In this document: positions 1 through 8,833 of the stretch, in pieces
Layout of the letters: every line of letters starts with the position of its first letter
How positions within the stretch are numbered: position 1 is the stretch's first letter
Source: an uncultured Planctomycetales bacterium
GTDB lineage: Bacteria > Omnitrophota > Gorgyraeia > Zapsychrales > JBDRMG01
DNA length: 64,000 bases
Direction: 5' to 3'
NCBI GenBank assembly: GCA_964478715.1
Contig: CAYZIY010000001.1
Coordinates: 213,196-277,195 of the forward strand
Program-made: the position numbers and the translations under genes
The notes under the pieces: model-generated
Databases searched by the model: none
What the model was told of the DNA's origin: nothing
What the model saw: the letters and a program-made list of their open reading frames with translations, nothing else

Positions 1-25
1 TAAAGAGGAGGATGAGGATTAGCTT

Positions 26-490
26 ATGCAGAAGAAAAAAGAAATTTTGATTATTGACGACGAGCAAGAATTGTGCGAACTGATCAAAGAGGTTTTAGAG
101 CAGACCGATCTTTATCAGGTGAGATGGGTTGGTGACGGAAAGACGGGCTTGAGAAAAATTCAAGAGGATCATCCGGATTTGGTTCTTTTGGATCTGGTCA
201 TGCCGGAAATGAAAGGGGATTATCTGCTTAAAAAAATGCAGGAGAATGCGAATACCAAAAATATTCCTGTTATTATTATTAGCGGTTTGGGCGATGTCCA
301 TTTGGCTCCCAGCTGGAAAAAGGGCCAGACATTTGAAGAAAGAGACCAGGATATCAAGGAGTCAAAACTTTATCCTTCTCTGGCCGATGTTTACGGTGTA
401 AAATATTATCTGCCTAAACCATTTGGCCAAAGAGCCCTTGTTGATCTGGTTGAGAAAATATTCAATCGGCAGTCCAGCGAAGCAGCGTGA
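26..490 (+). CDS. Stand-alone response regulator receiver (REC) protein with an extended alpha4 insertion
   Basis: The protein shows a CheY-like fold: ILIIDDE (beta1), LVLLDLVMPEMKG with the phospho-Asp, IIISGLGD (beta4) and YLPKPF (beta5 Lys). It has a GAGGAGG RBS. A roughly 45-aa insert lies between beta4 and beta5. Confidence 0.85.
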   Translation: MQKKKEILIIDDEQELCELIKEVLEQTDLYQVRWVGDGKTGLRKIQEDHPDLVLLDLVMPEMKGDYLLKKMQENANTKNIPVIIISGLGDVHLAPSWKKGQTFEERDQDIKESKLYPSLADVYGVKYYLPKPFGQRALVDLVEKIFNRQSSEAA

Positions 491-499
491 AGGTGAGTC

Positions 500-1393
500 G
501 TGAAGAAGAAAATATTATTAGCCGAAGATGAAGAGGACTTACGGATTTTGCTTTCAGAGAAACTGGAAGCGGCCGGATATGAGGTCCACGCGGCCGCCGA
601 CGGTGAACAGGCCCTTCAAATGGCCCGAGAAATCAAGCCCGATTTGATCATTTCCGATGTGGTGATGCCCAAAATGGACGGTAACCAGCTTTATAAAGAA
701 CTGCGCAAGCAGGACTTCGGCCGCGATATTCCCTTTCTGGTTCTTACCGCTCGGGCGAAAATGAGGGATTATTTTGAGCTAATGCATGTGGATGACTTCT
801 TGGAAAAGCCGGTTACAGGCAAAGAACTGGTGGAGAAAGTCAAAAACGCTTTAGGCACAGAGGACGCATCTCCTCAGGCGGTTACGCGTAAAAAGCCGGG
901 CCGTTCCGATAAAAAGGATGGAGAAATTGTTGTCAATGACGATATCCCCGATTATGTGGAGAAAGTTCTTGATGCGGAAATGGCTTCTAAATCGGAAGGC
1001 GTCTTGGATTTAAAGGATAAAGAAAGAAAAAAGAATGGCAAGACCAAGAAAATTCTGTTTGTTGAGAGTGAGGTGCCTGTTTATCTCGAACTGCAGGAAT
1101 TACTGCATAAAAGAGGCATCGACAGCGAGGTTGTTTGTTCGGCTGGTGACTGCCTGAAGAAAGCGAAAGAGTATTCTCCGGATCTCATTATAGCCAAATA
1201 TGTTTTGTGCGGAATCGGGACTGATCAATTAATCGAAAGTATCCGGGCTATCGATGGCATGGCCGAAACCCCGGTGATTATCTACAGCGATATTGCTCAG
1301 ATTAAAAGAGATCAAAAGAAAAATACGACGCAAGTGATTATGACTCCCGAAGGCCTGGAGCTTTTGCGTAAAATCAGCGAGATTTTGGGTTAA
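500..1393 (+). CDS. Dual-receiver response regulator (two REC domains, no output domain)
   Basis: REC1 reads KKILLAEDEEDL...DLIISDVVMPKMDG...LVLTARA...FLEKP. After an acidic/Lys-rich linker, REC2 reads KKILFVESE...DLIIAKYVL...PVIIYSD. The start is GTG with a GAAGGTGAG RBS. Confidence 0.8.
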   Translation: MKKKILLAEDEEDLRILLSEKLEAAGYEVHAAADGEQALQMAREIKPDLIISDVVMPKMDGNQLYKELRKQDFGRDIPFLVLTARAKMRDYFELMHVDDFLEKPVTGKELVEKVKNALGTEDASPQAVTRKKPGRSDKKDGEIVVNDDIPDYVEKVLDAEMASKSEGVLDLKDKERKKNGKTKKILFVESEVPVYLELQELLHKRGIDSEVVCSAGDCLKKAKEYSPDLIIAKYVLCGIGTDQLIESIRAIDGMAETPVIIYSDIAQIKRDQKKNTTQVIMTPEGLELLRKISEILG

Positions 1394-1417
1394 TTACCCA
1401 CGGAAAAATTCCTGAAA

Positions 1418-2155
1418 ATGTCCACGATTTTTACTCTCCTGAAGGCTGCCTGTCTGATCCCGTTCTGGGCGGCAATCCTTGCTTTTATTCCCAGCGTGAT
1501 TTATGTCATCATCGAGGAATCCAAAAGGGAAAATCAGCCCAACGAAGATGATTATTCCGAAAATGTTTTTATTATCCGCCGGGAACCCTATTTGCGGAAA
1601 GTCGAGAAATCTTTACTTCAAACAATCGGAGTGATTTATCTGGTCTGTCTTTCGATTTCTGCCGCAACATATTTGGTCAATTTTCTTATTGAGCAAAATA
1701 CGCATTTTAAGCCGCTAGATGTTTTTTCTAGCTTTTCCATCATTTTGTTTTGGATCGCGATTTTGACTTATATTCCTGTGGCCTTCACCTTTATTATCAA
1801 GCAGCCTCATCTTTATCGGAGACGGTACAAGCATGATATTGACCGCCTGCGGGTCATTTTTTATGTTTATGGTTTTGCGATCATGAACTTTTCGTTTATT
1901 TACGCGTATCTGTGGCTCAAAGAACGCGGCCTGGTGATTGAAATAACTCAGTTGCTTTTTGCTTTAGGCATTGTGGCGGCCTGTTCTTTGGCGGTGTCTT
2001 ATGTGCCGATTGTGTTGTATATGATCAGCAGAGAAATTCAGAAAAAGAGAGAAGCGGTTTCTCTTAATGTGGTCTTTGCGATCTACAGCCTGAGTTTTCT
2101 GATTTTCTCCGGCGCTTGCGTGCTCATCTGGGTGTCCGGCCATGTGCCCAGGTGA
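1418..2155 (+). CDS. Polytopic membrane protein, unknown function
   Basis: The ORF has about 7 predicted hydrophobic helices. No recognisable catalytic motif is present. Confidence 0.5.
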   Translation: MSTIFTLLKAACLIPFWAAILAFIPSVIYVIIEESKRENQPNEDDYSENVFIIRREPYLRKVEKSLLQTIGVIYLVCLSISAATYLVNFLIEQNTHFKPLDVFSSFSIILFWIAILTYIPVAFTFIIKQPHLYRRRYKHDIDRLRVIFYVYGFAIMNFSFIYAYLWLKERGLVIEITQLLFALGIVAACSLAVSYVPIVLYMISREIQKKREAVSLNVVFAIYSLSFLIFSGACVLIWVSGHVPR

Positions 2156-2208
2156 TCCCTTCATCTGTTTTCTTGCCTCCTTAACTTATTTCTGTTAAAA
2201 CAAAATGT

Positions 2209-4515
2209 ATGAGAAACGCGTGGTCTCTTCAAATCAAGCCGGGATCCATTGCCTATCTTTTGGGTTTTACGTCCATGGTCAGCCAGATTGTTTTTATGCG
2301 CGAGCTGATCATTGTTTTCTATGGCAATGAGCTGGCTTATGCGCTGATTCTCTCAAGCTGGCTCTTTTGGGTGGGCACAGGGAGTTTTCTCACCAGCCGC
2401 CTTTTGCCAAGATTGCAAGAAGACCAGCGTAAAGCGAGCGTTTTATTTTTGCTTTTTTCTGCCGGCATTTGCTGTTTGTTGCCGATGATGATCGCGATCG
2501 TGCGTTTTCTTCCGCGTTTAGTTGGCGTCAATATCACGCAGACCATGGGCTTAATTTCCATGGGGCTTACTTCGTTTATTTTGCTTTGTCCGCTGACTTT
2601 GATCCTGGGATCTGTATTTGCCTTTCTTTGTTATTATTCTCTGAAGATCAAAAGAAAAGATGCGGCCTCTATCGGCCGGATCTATCGCTGGGAAGCCAAA
2701 GGGGCGGCGGTGGGCGGGCTTGTTTTTTCCTTTCTTTTGATTCATTTGTTTTCGACTCTTGAAATTGTTTTTCTTCTGACGGTGATCAATAGCGGATTTC
2801 TGATTGCTTTAAACCACTCCAGGCGAGTTTTGCTTTGGGGAATAGTTTTCTTAAGCATTGTTTTGATTGCTTTACTAATAAGCGGCGCTCTTAAGACTCT
2901 GGATGACTGGCTGCGCAAAAAACAGTGGGAGCCGCTCTCTGTTGTGGAGGTTCAAGATTCCATCTATGGCAATATTGTATTAACAAAAGAAAATGGGCAG
3001 TACAGTCTCTATGAAAACGGCAGGCATGTGAGCTCTACCGGCGATGAACTCTCCGCCGAAGAGAGCGTTCATTACGCGCTTTTGTCTCATCCTCAGCCCA
3101 GAGAAGTTCTTTTGATCGGAGGCGGATTAACCGGTGCAGTCGAACAAATCCTCAAACATCCGATCCAGCGACTTGACTATATCGAGCTGGATCCAAAGGT
3201 GATTCAAATGGCTTTCAACCATTTCCCGAAAGGTATGGTCCGGCCGCTTAAAGACAAGCGGGTTCAGATCAAAACCATGGACGCGCGCCTTTTCGTGAAG
3301 CAGACGCAGAAGCGTTATGATGTGATCATTGTCAATCTTTCCGATCCGCAGACTGCTTTGGTCAACAGATATTATACGCGGGAGTTTTTTCGGGAAGCGG
3401 CCCGTCTTCTTGAGCCTCAAGGAATGATCTCCTTGGGGGTTTCCTCATCCGAGAATTATCTCAATACCGAGACCCGACGGTTTCTGCGTTCTATTCATGC
3501 TACCCTGCGATCTGTTTTTGCGCAGGTGATCTCGATTCCCGGAGATACCCATTATTTTATTGCCTCTTCCTCTGCAGATGTTCTTAGAGATGATCCCGCT
3601 GTTTTTATTGATCGTCTCAAGCAAAGAGAGATCAACACTCAATATGTCAATGCTGCCTATCTGCCTTTTAAGATGAGCGAGAACCGCCTGCGGCAAATCC
3701 GTGCGATTCTTAAAGGCAGAGGCGTGCTCAATACGGATTTACATCCGCGCACCTATTTGGAGGGGATGCTGTTATCTTCCCGGCGGTTGGGGTCTTCCTT
3801 CAGCAGCTTTCTCGATCATTTTCGTTTTCTTAATCTTGGACTTTTGCTGTTGATTCCTCTGGCGCTTTTTGTCTATGGATTTTGCACTCGGACCAAGTGG
3901 CCCACGCTGGCCGTGTCCACTTCGATTTTAACAACCGGATTTTCAGAAATCATTTTTCAGATTATCGTGATTTTTGCTTTTCAAAGTCTTTATGGATTTG
4001 CTTACTATCGGATCGGTTTGATCATGGCGTCCTTTATGGTGGGGCTGGTGATGGGCGGGTTTCTGGCTGAGCGTCTGATCGCAAGAAAATCGGCGCAGAT
4101 TTTCCGATATTATAAATTCTTGCAGGCCGCTATTTGTTTTTATCCTTTGATTTTACCGTCTGTCTATTTGCTTTTTCATGATATAACGGTCAGCCGGAAT
4201 GTCTTTTTGCTTTCGGGAGTGTTCGCTTTTTTGCCTGTTATCGCCGGCTTGATCGGGGGCTGTCAATATCCTTTGGCGACTTTTATTTGCTCGCATCAGA
4301 ATGAAAAGAGAAGTCGCAGAAGAGCCGATGCGGCCGGTAGGCTGTATGCCCTGGATACCTGGGGAGCGACCCTTGGGGCTTTGCTGACAGCGGTGATTTT
4401 AATTCCGATCTTAGGGATTATCCGGGTTTGCCTGCTGGCGGCGGCGATCAATCTGTCTGTCTATCTGCTTTTGGCGGTGATGCCTTATCCGGCCAGATCA
4501 CCGGAGCGTTTGTAG
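2209..4515 (+). CDS. Spermidine synthase-family (polyamine aminopropyltransferase-like) protein fused to N- and C-terminal polytopic membrane domains
   Basis: A central SAM-MTase/spermidine-synthase core is present: LLIGGGLTGAVEQILKHP, IELDPKVIQMAF and DVIIVNLSDP. Several transmembrane helices flank it at the N-terminus and C-terminus. This is a known 'membrane-bound spermidine synthase-like' architecture. Confidence 0.7.
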   Translation: MRNAWSLQIKPGSIAYLLGFTSMVSQIVFMRELIIVFYGNELAYALILSSWLFWVGTGSFLTSRLLPRLQEDQRKASVLFLLFSAGICCLLPMMIAIVRFLPRLVGVNITQTMGLISMGLTSFILLCPLTLILGSVFAFLCYYSLKIKRKDAASIGRIYRWEAKGAAVGGLVFSFLLIHLFSTLEIVFLLTVINSGFLIALNHSRRVLLWGIVFLSIVLIALLISGALKTLDDWLRKKQWEPLSVVEVQDSIYGNIVLTKENGQYSLYENGRHVSSTGDELSAEESVHYALLSHPQPREVLLIGGGLTGAVEQILKHPIQRLDYIELDPKVIQMAFNHFPKGMVRPLKDKRVQIKTMDARLFVKQTQKRYDVIIVNLSDPQTALVNRYYTREFFREAARLLEPQGMISLGVSSSENYLNTETRRFLRSIHATLRSVFAQVISIPGDTHYFIASSSADVLRDDPAVFIDRLKQREINTQYVNAAYLPFKMSENRLRQIRAILKGRGVLNTDLHPRTYLEGMLLSSRRLGSSFSSFLDHFRFLNLGLLLLIPLALFVYGFCTRTKWPTLAVSTSILTTGFSEIIFQIIVIFAFQSLYGFAYYRIGLIMASFMVGLVMGGFLAERLIARKSAQIFRYYKFLQAAICFYPLILPSVYLLFHDITVSRNVFLLSGVFAFLPVIAGLIGGCQYPLATFICSHQNEKRSRRRADAAGRLYALDTWGATLGALLTAVILIPILGIIRVCLLAAAINLSVYLLLAVMPYPARSPERL

Positions 4516-4681
4516 AAACGGGCTTCTTTTCGTCGTCTCTGATTGTTTGGTGCTTGAAAGACACGAAAGAAAGACGGCAATCGCGCGACAATAAGCAGAG
4601 AAAGAAAGAAGCTTACTCTTTTTAAGAAATCCCGTCGATTGATTCTTGAATCCTGCATTTGATTTTTCCTCCTTTAAATCC

Positions 4682-5656
4682 TTAGGGCCACAGGCCCGGA
4701 ATATTGTTTTGGCAGAATCCGCAGCGGCCCTGGGTAATATGGTTTTCCATAATTCGGTAACCCTGCCGGCGGATGATAATTTTTCCGCACTGCGGGCAAT
4801 AGGTGTGATTGCCCGGATGGCCGGAAACATTACCAACATAAACAAAATGAATGCCCTGACTTTTAGCGATATCATAAGCCCGATTGAGAGTCGCAACCGG
4901 GGTTGGCGGAATATTTCTCAGCTGGTAGACCGGCCAGAAGCGGGAAAAGTGAAGCGGCGTTTCCGTCCCGCAGTTGGCTTTGACCCAGCGGCATAAATCC
5001 CCGATATCTTTCTCGCTGTCATTGAGCGTGGGGATAACCAGATTGGTGAGTTCGATCCACAGGCCTTGCTTCTTCATCGTTAGGATAGCTTCCTGGACCG
5101 GGCGAAGTTTCAAATCACAGATGTCCCGGTAGTAATCTTCACGGATTGATTTCAAATCGACATTGACCGCATGGGTTACCGAGCAGAGCTCGATGAGAGG
5201 TTTTTCTTCGATTGAACCGGCTGTCACCAGGACATTGTAAAGTCCGGCTTCTTTGGCGATCTTCGAAGTATCATAGGTGTATTCATAAAAGATGATCGGG
5301 TCTGTATAGGTATAAGCGATACTGCGGCATTGATTCGCTTTGGCCTGCCGCACAACATCCCCGGGGGGAAGATCAAAATTGTGTGTCTCTTCCGGAGGTC
5401 TTTGAGAGATCTGCCAGTTCTGGCAGAATTTGCAGTGACCGTTACATCCGGCGGTGGCAATCGAAAAAGCGCTGGTTGCCGGAAGAACATGATAAAGAGG
5501 TTTCTTCTCGATCGGATCTATATGCACCGCGCAGGGTTTGCCGTAAACAAGACTGTAAAGTTTTCCGTCGATATTGAGGCGCACGCGGCAGTCGCCGCGT
5601 GCGCCGTTGGTTAAACGGCAGTGTTTAGGACATAATTGGCATTCCACCATACTCAT
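4682..5656 (-). CDS. AmmeMemoRadiSam system radical SAM enzyme (PFL-activase-like)
   Basis: The N-terminus carries a Cys cluster (CQLCPKHCRL...GDC), and the radical SAM CxxxCxxC motif reads CNGHCKFCQNW. Overall similarity is to the AmmeMemoRadiSam family. The start overlaps the upstream gene by 4 bp. Confidence 0.75.
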   Translation of the reverse strand: MSMVECQLCPKHCRLTNGARGDCRVRLNIDGKLYSLVYGKPCAVHIDPIEKKPLYHVLPATSAFSIATAGCNGHCKFCQNWQISQRPPEETHNFDLPPGDVVRQAKANQCRSIAYTYTDPIIFYEYTYDTSKIAKEAGLYNVLVTAGSIEEKPLIELCSVTHAVNVDLKSIREDYYRDICDLKLRPVQEAILTMKKQGLWIELTNLVIPTLNDSEKDIGDLCRWVKANCGTETPLHFSRFWPVYQLRNIPPTPVATLNRAYDIAKSQGIHFVYVGNVSGHPGNHTYCPQCGKIIIRRQGYRIMENHITQGRCGFCQNNIPGLWP

Positions 5657-5883
5657 GGGCTGATGTTTTTAAAATAGCGGGCCGGATGGAGTTTCAGGCC
5701 GGCTTCAGATAATTTTTCTTTTATTTTGTCCACCCGATCGGCAGGTTTCGGAATTTGCGCAGAAACTTTCTGATATATAGACTCATTTTGTTCCGTCTGT
5801 CTGAGGTTTTGGTGAATCAAGGCTCCCAGAAGCGCACAGACAAAGAAGATAAGAAGAATGAATATTTTATCCTGTTTATTCAT
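5653..5883 (-). CDS. Small membrane-anchored protein (76 aa), unknown function
   Basis: The N-terminal TM helix reads IFILLIFFVCALLGALI. The gene is translationally coupled to both flanking genes. Confidence 0.4.
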   Translation of the reverse strand: MNKQDKIFILLIFFVCALLGALIHQNLRQTEQNESIYQKVSAQIPKPADRVDKIKEKLSEAGLKLHPARYFKNISP

Positions 5884-7078
5884 CGAGACAGTCTCTTGAT
5901 TGAACGGTATTTTTCTTCCGCTGTTTAATCCCTCCGATGATTGAACACAACGCTCCCACCGGACAAAAATAACAGCACCAAAAACGGTATTTAAATAAGG
6001 AAATGAGAATAAGCAGGCCCAAAAATAAAAGACCCAGCCAGGTCAATCGGGATCCAAAAAGAAGCACGTAAGGTTCAAAAATAATCGCCTGAGTATTGCC
6101 GAGGATAAAGGCGATCAGCAAACTGGCAAAAAGAACAAGAAAGCGGATATTTCTTAAAAAATCTATTTTACTAGTCGGTTGCAGGCGTTTGATTTTGATT
6201 TTTCTTGCGAACGACCAGGTTATTTCCTGGATACCCCCGAAGGGACATAAGGATCGACAGTAAATATTACGATAGAAAAGGACGCTTAAGAGCGCTAAAC
6301 CGATAATCATAAAAATAAGAGGAAACACGGCCAGGGAAGGTCCTTTTCGCATGGTCAAATTGGCCACGTGAATAATCGAAAACATGGTTTGGGTCAGGAA
6401 ACCGAAGTAAAAGAGGCCGGCTATAATGGCTATCCAGCGCAGCCACTTATTTTTCAAAAAGCTGGCGATAAAAGCAACCACAAAAAGAATAAGAGGAAAA
6501 AAGATCTGGTCCACAGGCCATGCATTTTTCTGATCATTAATGAATTCTCCCTGGAAACTTCCGATCTGGACACTGAGCGCGATGAGGCTTTCTTTCAGCG
6601 TATTTAAGACGGCCTGCGAAGTGACGGTGGCTCCGCTGATGCCGTCAACATCTTCTCCTAAACGGCTTAATGGATTGACGCCTTGATCGACGAGTCGATT
6701 GACATAGCCCTGCAGATCATCCATATAACCGGGTGTCTCCTGATGGGAGAGGACGCGAATACGGGTGACATTTAGCTGAGGGTCTGTCACGACCAGCATC
6801 TCGATCGCTCCGGTATAGCCGATGATATGTTTAGCGAGTTCTGATGTGAGAAAGGCATAAGCCGAAGGTTCTGGTGCTTGAGAAGAAGAGGAATCAAAAA
6901 TTTTATAATAACTGCGGGCGGCTTGGACTCTCTCAATTCGTTGGTTGCCGGAAAGCATGCGGCTGAGTTCTTGCTCGATATCGCTTTGCTGTTTTAAAGC
7001 GGGCGCTTTAAAATACTGCAAGAAAACAAAACCACACAGCGTGATTAGCAGAATGAAGAGCGTATAATTTTTACGCAT
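5876..7078 (-). CDS. FMN-binding-domain membrane protein with polyferredoxin-like Cys motifs (NosR/NapH/RnfG-like)
   Basis: A signal anchor is followed by a periplasmic FMN_bind-like segment (GISGATVTSQAV). Transmembrane helices then carry CPFGG and CYFCPVGALCS 4Fe-4S-type motifs. Confidence 0.6.
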   Translation of the reverse strand: MRKNYTLFILLITLCGFVFLQYFKAPALKQQSDIEQELSRMLSGNQRIERVQAARSYYKIFDSSSSQAPEPSAYAFLTSELAKHIIGYTGAIEMLVVTDPQLNVTRIRVLSHQETPGYMDDLQGYVNRLVDQGVNPLSRLGEDVDGISGATVTSQAVLNTLKESLIALSVQIGSFQGEFINDQKNAWPVDQIFFPLILFVVAFIASFLKNKWLRWIAIIAGLFYFGFLTQTMFSIIHVANLTMRKGPSLAVFPLIFMIIGLALLSVLFYRNIYCRSLCPFGGIQEITWSFARKIKIKRLQPTSKIDFLRNIRFLVLFASLLIAFILGNTQAIIFEPYVLLFGSRLTWLGLLFLGLLILISLFKYRFWCCYFCPVGALCSIIGGIKQRKKNTVQSRDCLDE

Positions 7079-7164
7079 CGCACCCCCTTTCTTCTATTGT
7101 ACTTCCACATAAAGACGAATTCAATATTTGGGACAAAAAGTTATCGATCCGGCCAAGCTTTTAA

Positions 7165-7193
7165 TTGACAAAGGGTCTGTTTCTCTGTAAGAT
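7165..7193 (+). promoter_or_regulatory. sigma70-like promoter (TTGACA-17-TAAGAT)
   Basis: The -35 is a perfect TTGACA. It is followed by a 17-nt spacer and a TAAGAT -10, and sits about 85 nt upstream of the 7276 ORF. Confidence 0.5.
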
Positions 7194-7275
7194 TTTCTCT
7201 GTGCTGCCCGTAAGAAAGGGCGGTTAAAGCCCTCTATAAAGATCCGCGAATTTCAATTTATACGAAAGGATCAAC

Positions 7276-7758
7276 GTGCAACAGCAGATTTTCAATATGA
7301 CATCGGTTCTTCTTTTATTGGCCAGTGTCATCTCACCCATTGTTCTTTGCCTTATTCTCATAAAAATTTTTTCAAAAAAAGGAAACGCCTCGCTATATAG
7401 GGAGGAGAAAGAAATCCTTAAGGAAGATAATGTGAAGGTCTACGATAAAAAATACGGGAAAACATTGTTCGAGCAGGTTACGGTAACGGATCAAAGAATC
7501 ATCGAAAGAGACGATGAAAAGAAAATTGTTATGATTTTTCACTGCGGCGATAAGAAGAAAGATCGAAATTCCGCTACTGAAATCTGGGTTTCAAAAAAAG
7601 ATGATATAGTTGTCATGTGGGATGAGGCGGGTAAGCAGTATCTGAATGTGGATTATCGCGATCAGACAGGAACACCCCAGCCGCCGCGCTGTTATTATTT
7701 CAAGCAAAGTAAGAGATTGGTTGAAGTTTTCGGAGAAAAAAGAAAAACATGGTACTAA
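7276..7758 (+). CDS. Hypothetical protein with N-terminal TM anchor
   Basis: The ORF starts with GTG. It has an N-terminal hydrophobic helix and no known domain. Confidence 0.45.
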   Translation: MQQQIFNMTSVLLLLASVISPIVLCLILIKIFSKKGNASLYREEKEILKEDNVKVYDKKYGKTLFEQVTVTDQRIIERDDEKKIVMIFHCGDKKKDRNSATEIWVSKKDDIVVMWDEAGKQYLNVDYRDQTGTPQPPRCYYFKQSKRLVEVFGEKRKTWY

Positions 7759-7771
7759 ATAAAGGGGAATT

Positions 7772-8020
7772 GTGATGAAAATTAGTTTTTTGCTATTGGC
7801 AGGACTTATCAGTCTTGGCGGATGTTCAAGAGCGCAGAAAATTGCGCCAGCCAAACCCATCGAGGAGATGAATATCAAAGAGTGCCGCCAAAAAGCCGAA
7901 GAGTTGCGCGAGCGCAACATGAAGCTCCAGCTGGATCAGCAAGCCCTGTTGGCGGAGAAAAACAAGAAAATCAAGGAACTCAAAAAGAAGCTGGAAATGT
8001 TCGGCGTTTTTGAAAAATAA
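7772..8020 (+). CDS. Small lipoprotein with coiled-coil
   Basis: The signal peptide has a lipobox (LISLGGC). The remainder is a Lys/Glu-rich coiled-coil. Confidence 0.5.
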   Translation: MMKISFLLLAGLISLGGCSRAQKIAPAKPIEEMNIKECRQKAEELRERNMKLQLDQQALLAEKNKKIKELKKKLEMFGVFEK

Positions 8021-8025
8021 GGCCC

Positions 8026-8808
8026 ATGACTCATTCCTCTGATGCGGGGACAATAGAGAAAGAGGCTCACCGGTTTTTAGTCGAAGAAAACCTTTCGGAG
8101 GCTTTTCGTTTATTCCAGAGGGCCGGTCGGCTTTATCGGTTTGAGAACAATCCCAAGCAGGCGTCTTTGTGTTTTGCTTCGGCCGCCAGCTGCTGGAGCC
8201 AAAAATGCGGAGAGAAGACATTTTTCAATGCGGCCCAATCTTATGAAAGCGCGGCGTGTCAGGCGATCAAGGCCGGTGACTATGAATATGCCGGACTTTT
8301 GTACCGTCAGGCAGCTATCAATTATGAAAGAGACGGAGAATTTTTGCATTTTTCGAAAAGTTTTTATCATTCCAAAGAATGCACCCGGATATTTCTGACC
8401 TGCCGGATTTTTTGTCCTCAAAAAATCAATGCTATTGTCGGAAGCCGGCTAGAGGAAGGGTGGCTGAATTTGGTGAAGGCCTTTGGGGCATGGATTCTAT
8501 TGAGCCTTTCCAGCATGATATGGGGTTACGGGGAGCGTCCGGAGAGAACAATCTTGGCCGCCGCAGGAATTGTTGTGGCGGCGGCGGCCCTCTATGCCAC
8601 CGGCCTTTTAAACGACGGTAACGGTTGTGTTTGTCCCGGATTCTTTCAGTCTCTTTATTACAGCGCGGTGACATTTACAACGCTTGGTTATGGAGACATT
8701 GTTCCCTGCGGGTTGAACAAGGCGGTTGCCATGATCGAGGCCTTTTGCGGAATATTCATTATTCCTTTATTTATTATCGGACTCTCTAGAAAATATTTGA
8801 GAGTCTAA
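8026..8808 (+). CDS. Potassium-channel-family protein (2TM pore with TLGYGD filter) with N-terminal soluble domain
   Basis: The selectivity-filter signature FTTLGYGDIVP is flanked by two transmembrane helices. Confidence 0.75.
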   Translation: MTHSSDAGTIEKEAHRFLVEENLSEAFRLFQRAGRLYRFENNPKQASLCFASAASCWSQKCGEKTFFNAAQSYESAACQAIKAGDYEYAGLLYRQAAINYERDGEFLHFSKSFYHSKECTRIFLTCRIFCPQKINAIVGSRLEEGWLNLVKAFGAWILLSLSSMIWGYGERPERTILAAAGIVVAAAALYATGLLNDGNGCVCPGFFQSLYYSAVTFTTLGYGDIVPCGLNKAVAMIEAFCGIFIIPLFIIGLSRKYLRV

Positions 8809-8833
8809 TGATTTTAATCAGAAAGGAAATTTT

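Noticed and set aside
2337-4070. Multiple 60-100-aa ORFs on both strands inside the 2209..4515 gene (e.g. 2469..2762+, 3127..3420-, 3445..3696-).
   Set aside because: They are embedded in a long ORF with clear domain content. They have no RBS, odd composition and Arg/Ser-rich low complexity, so they are spurious frame artefacts.
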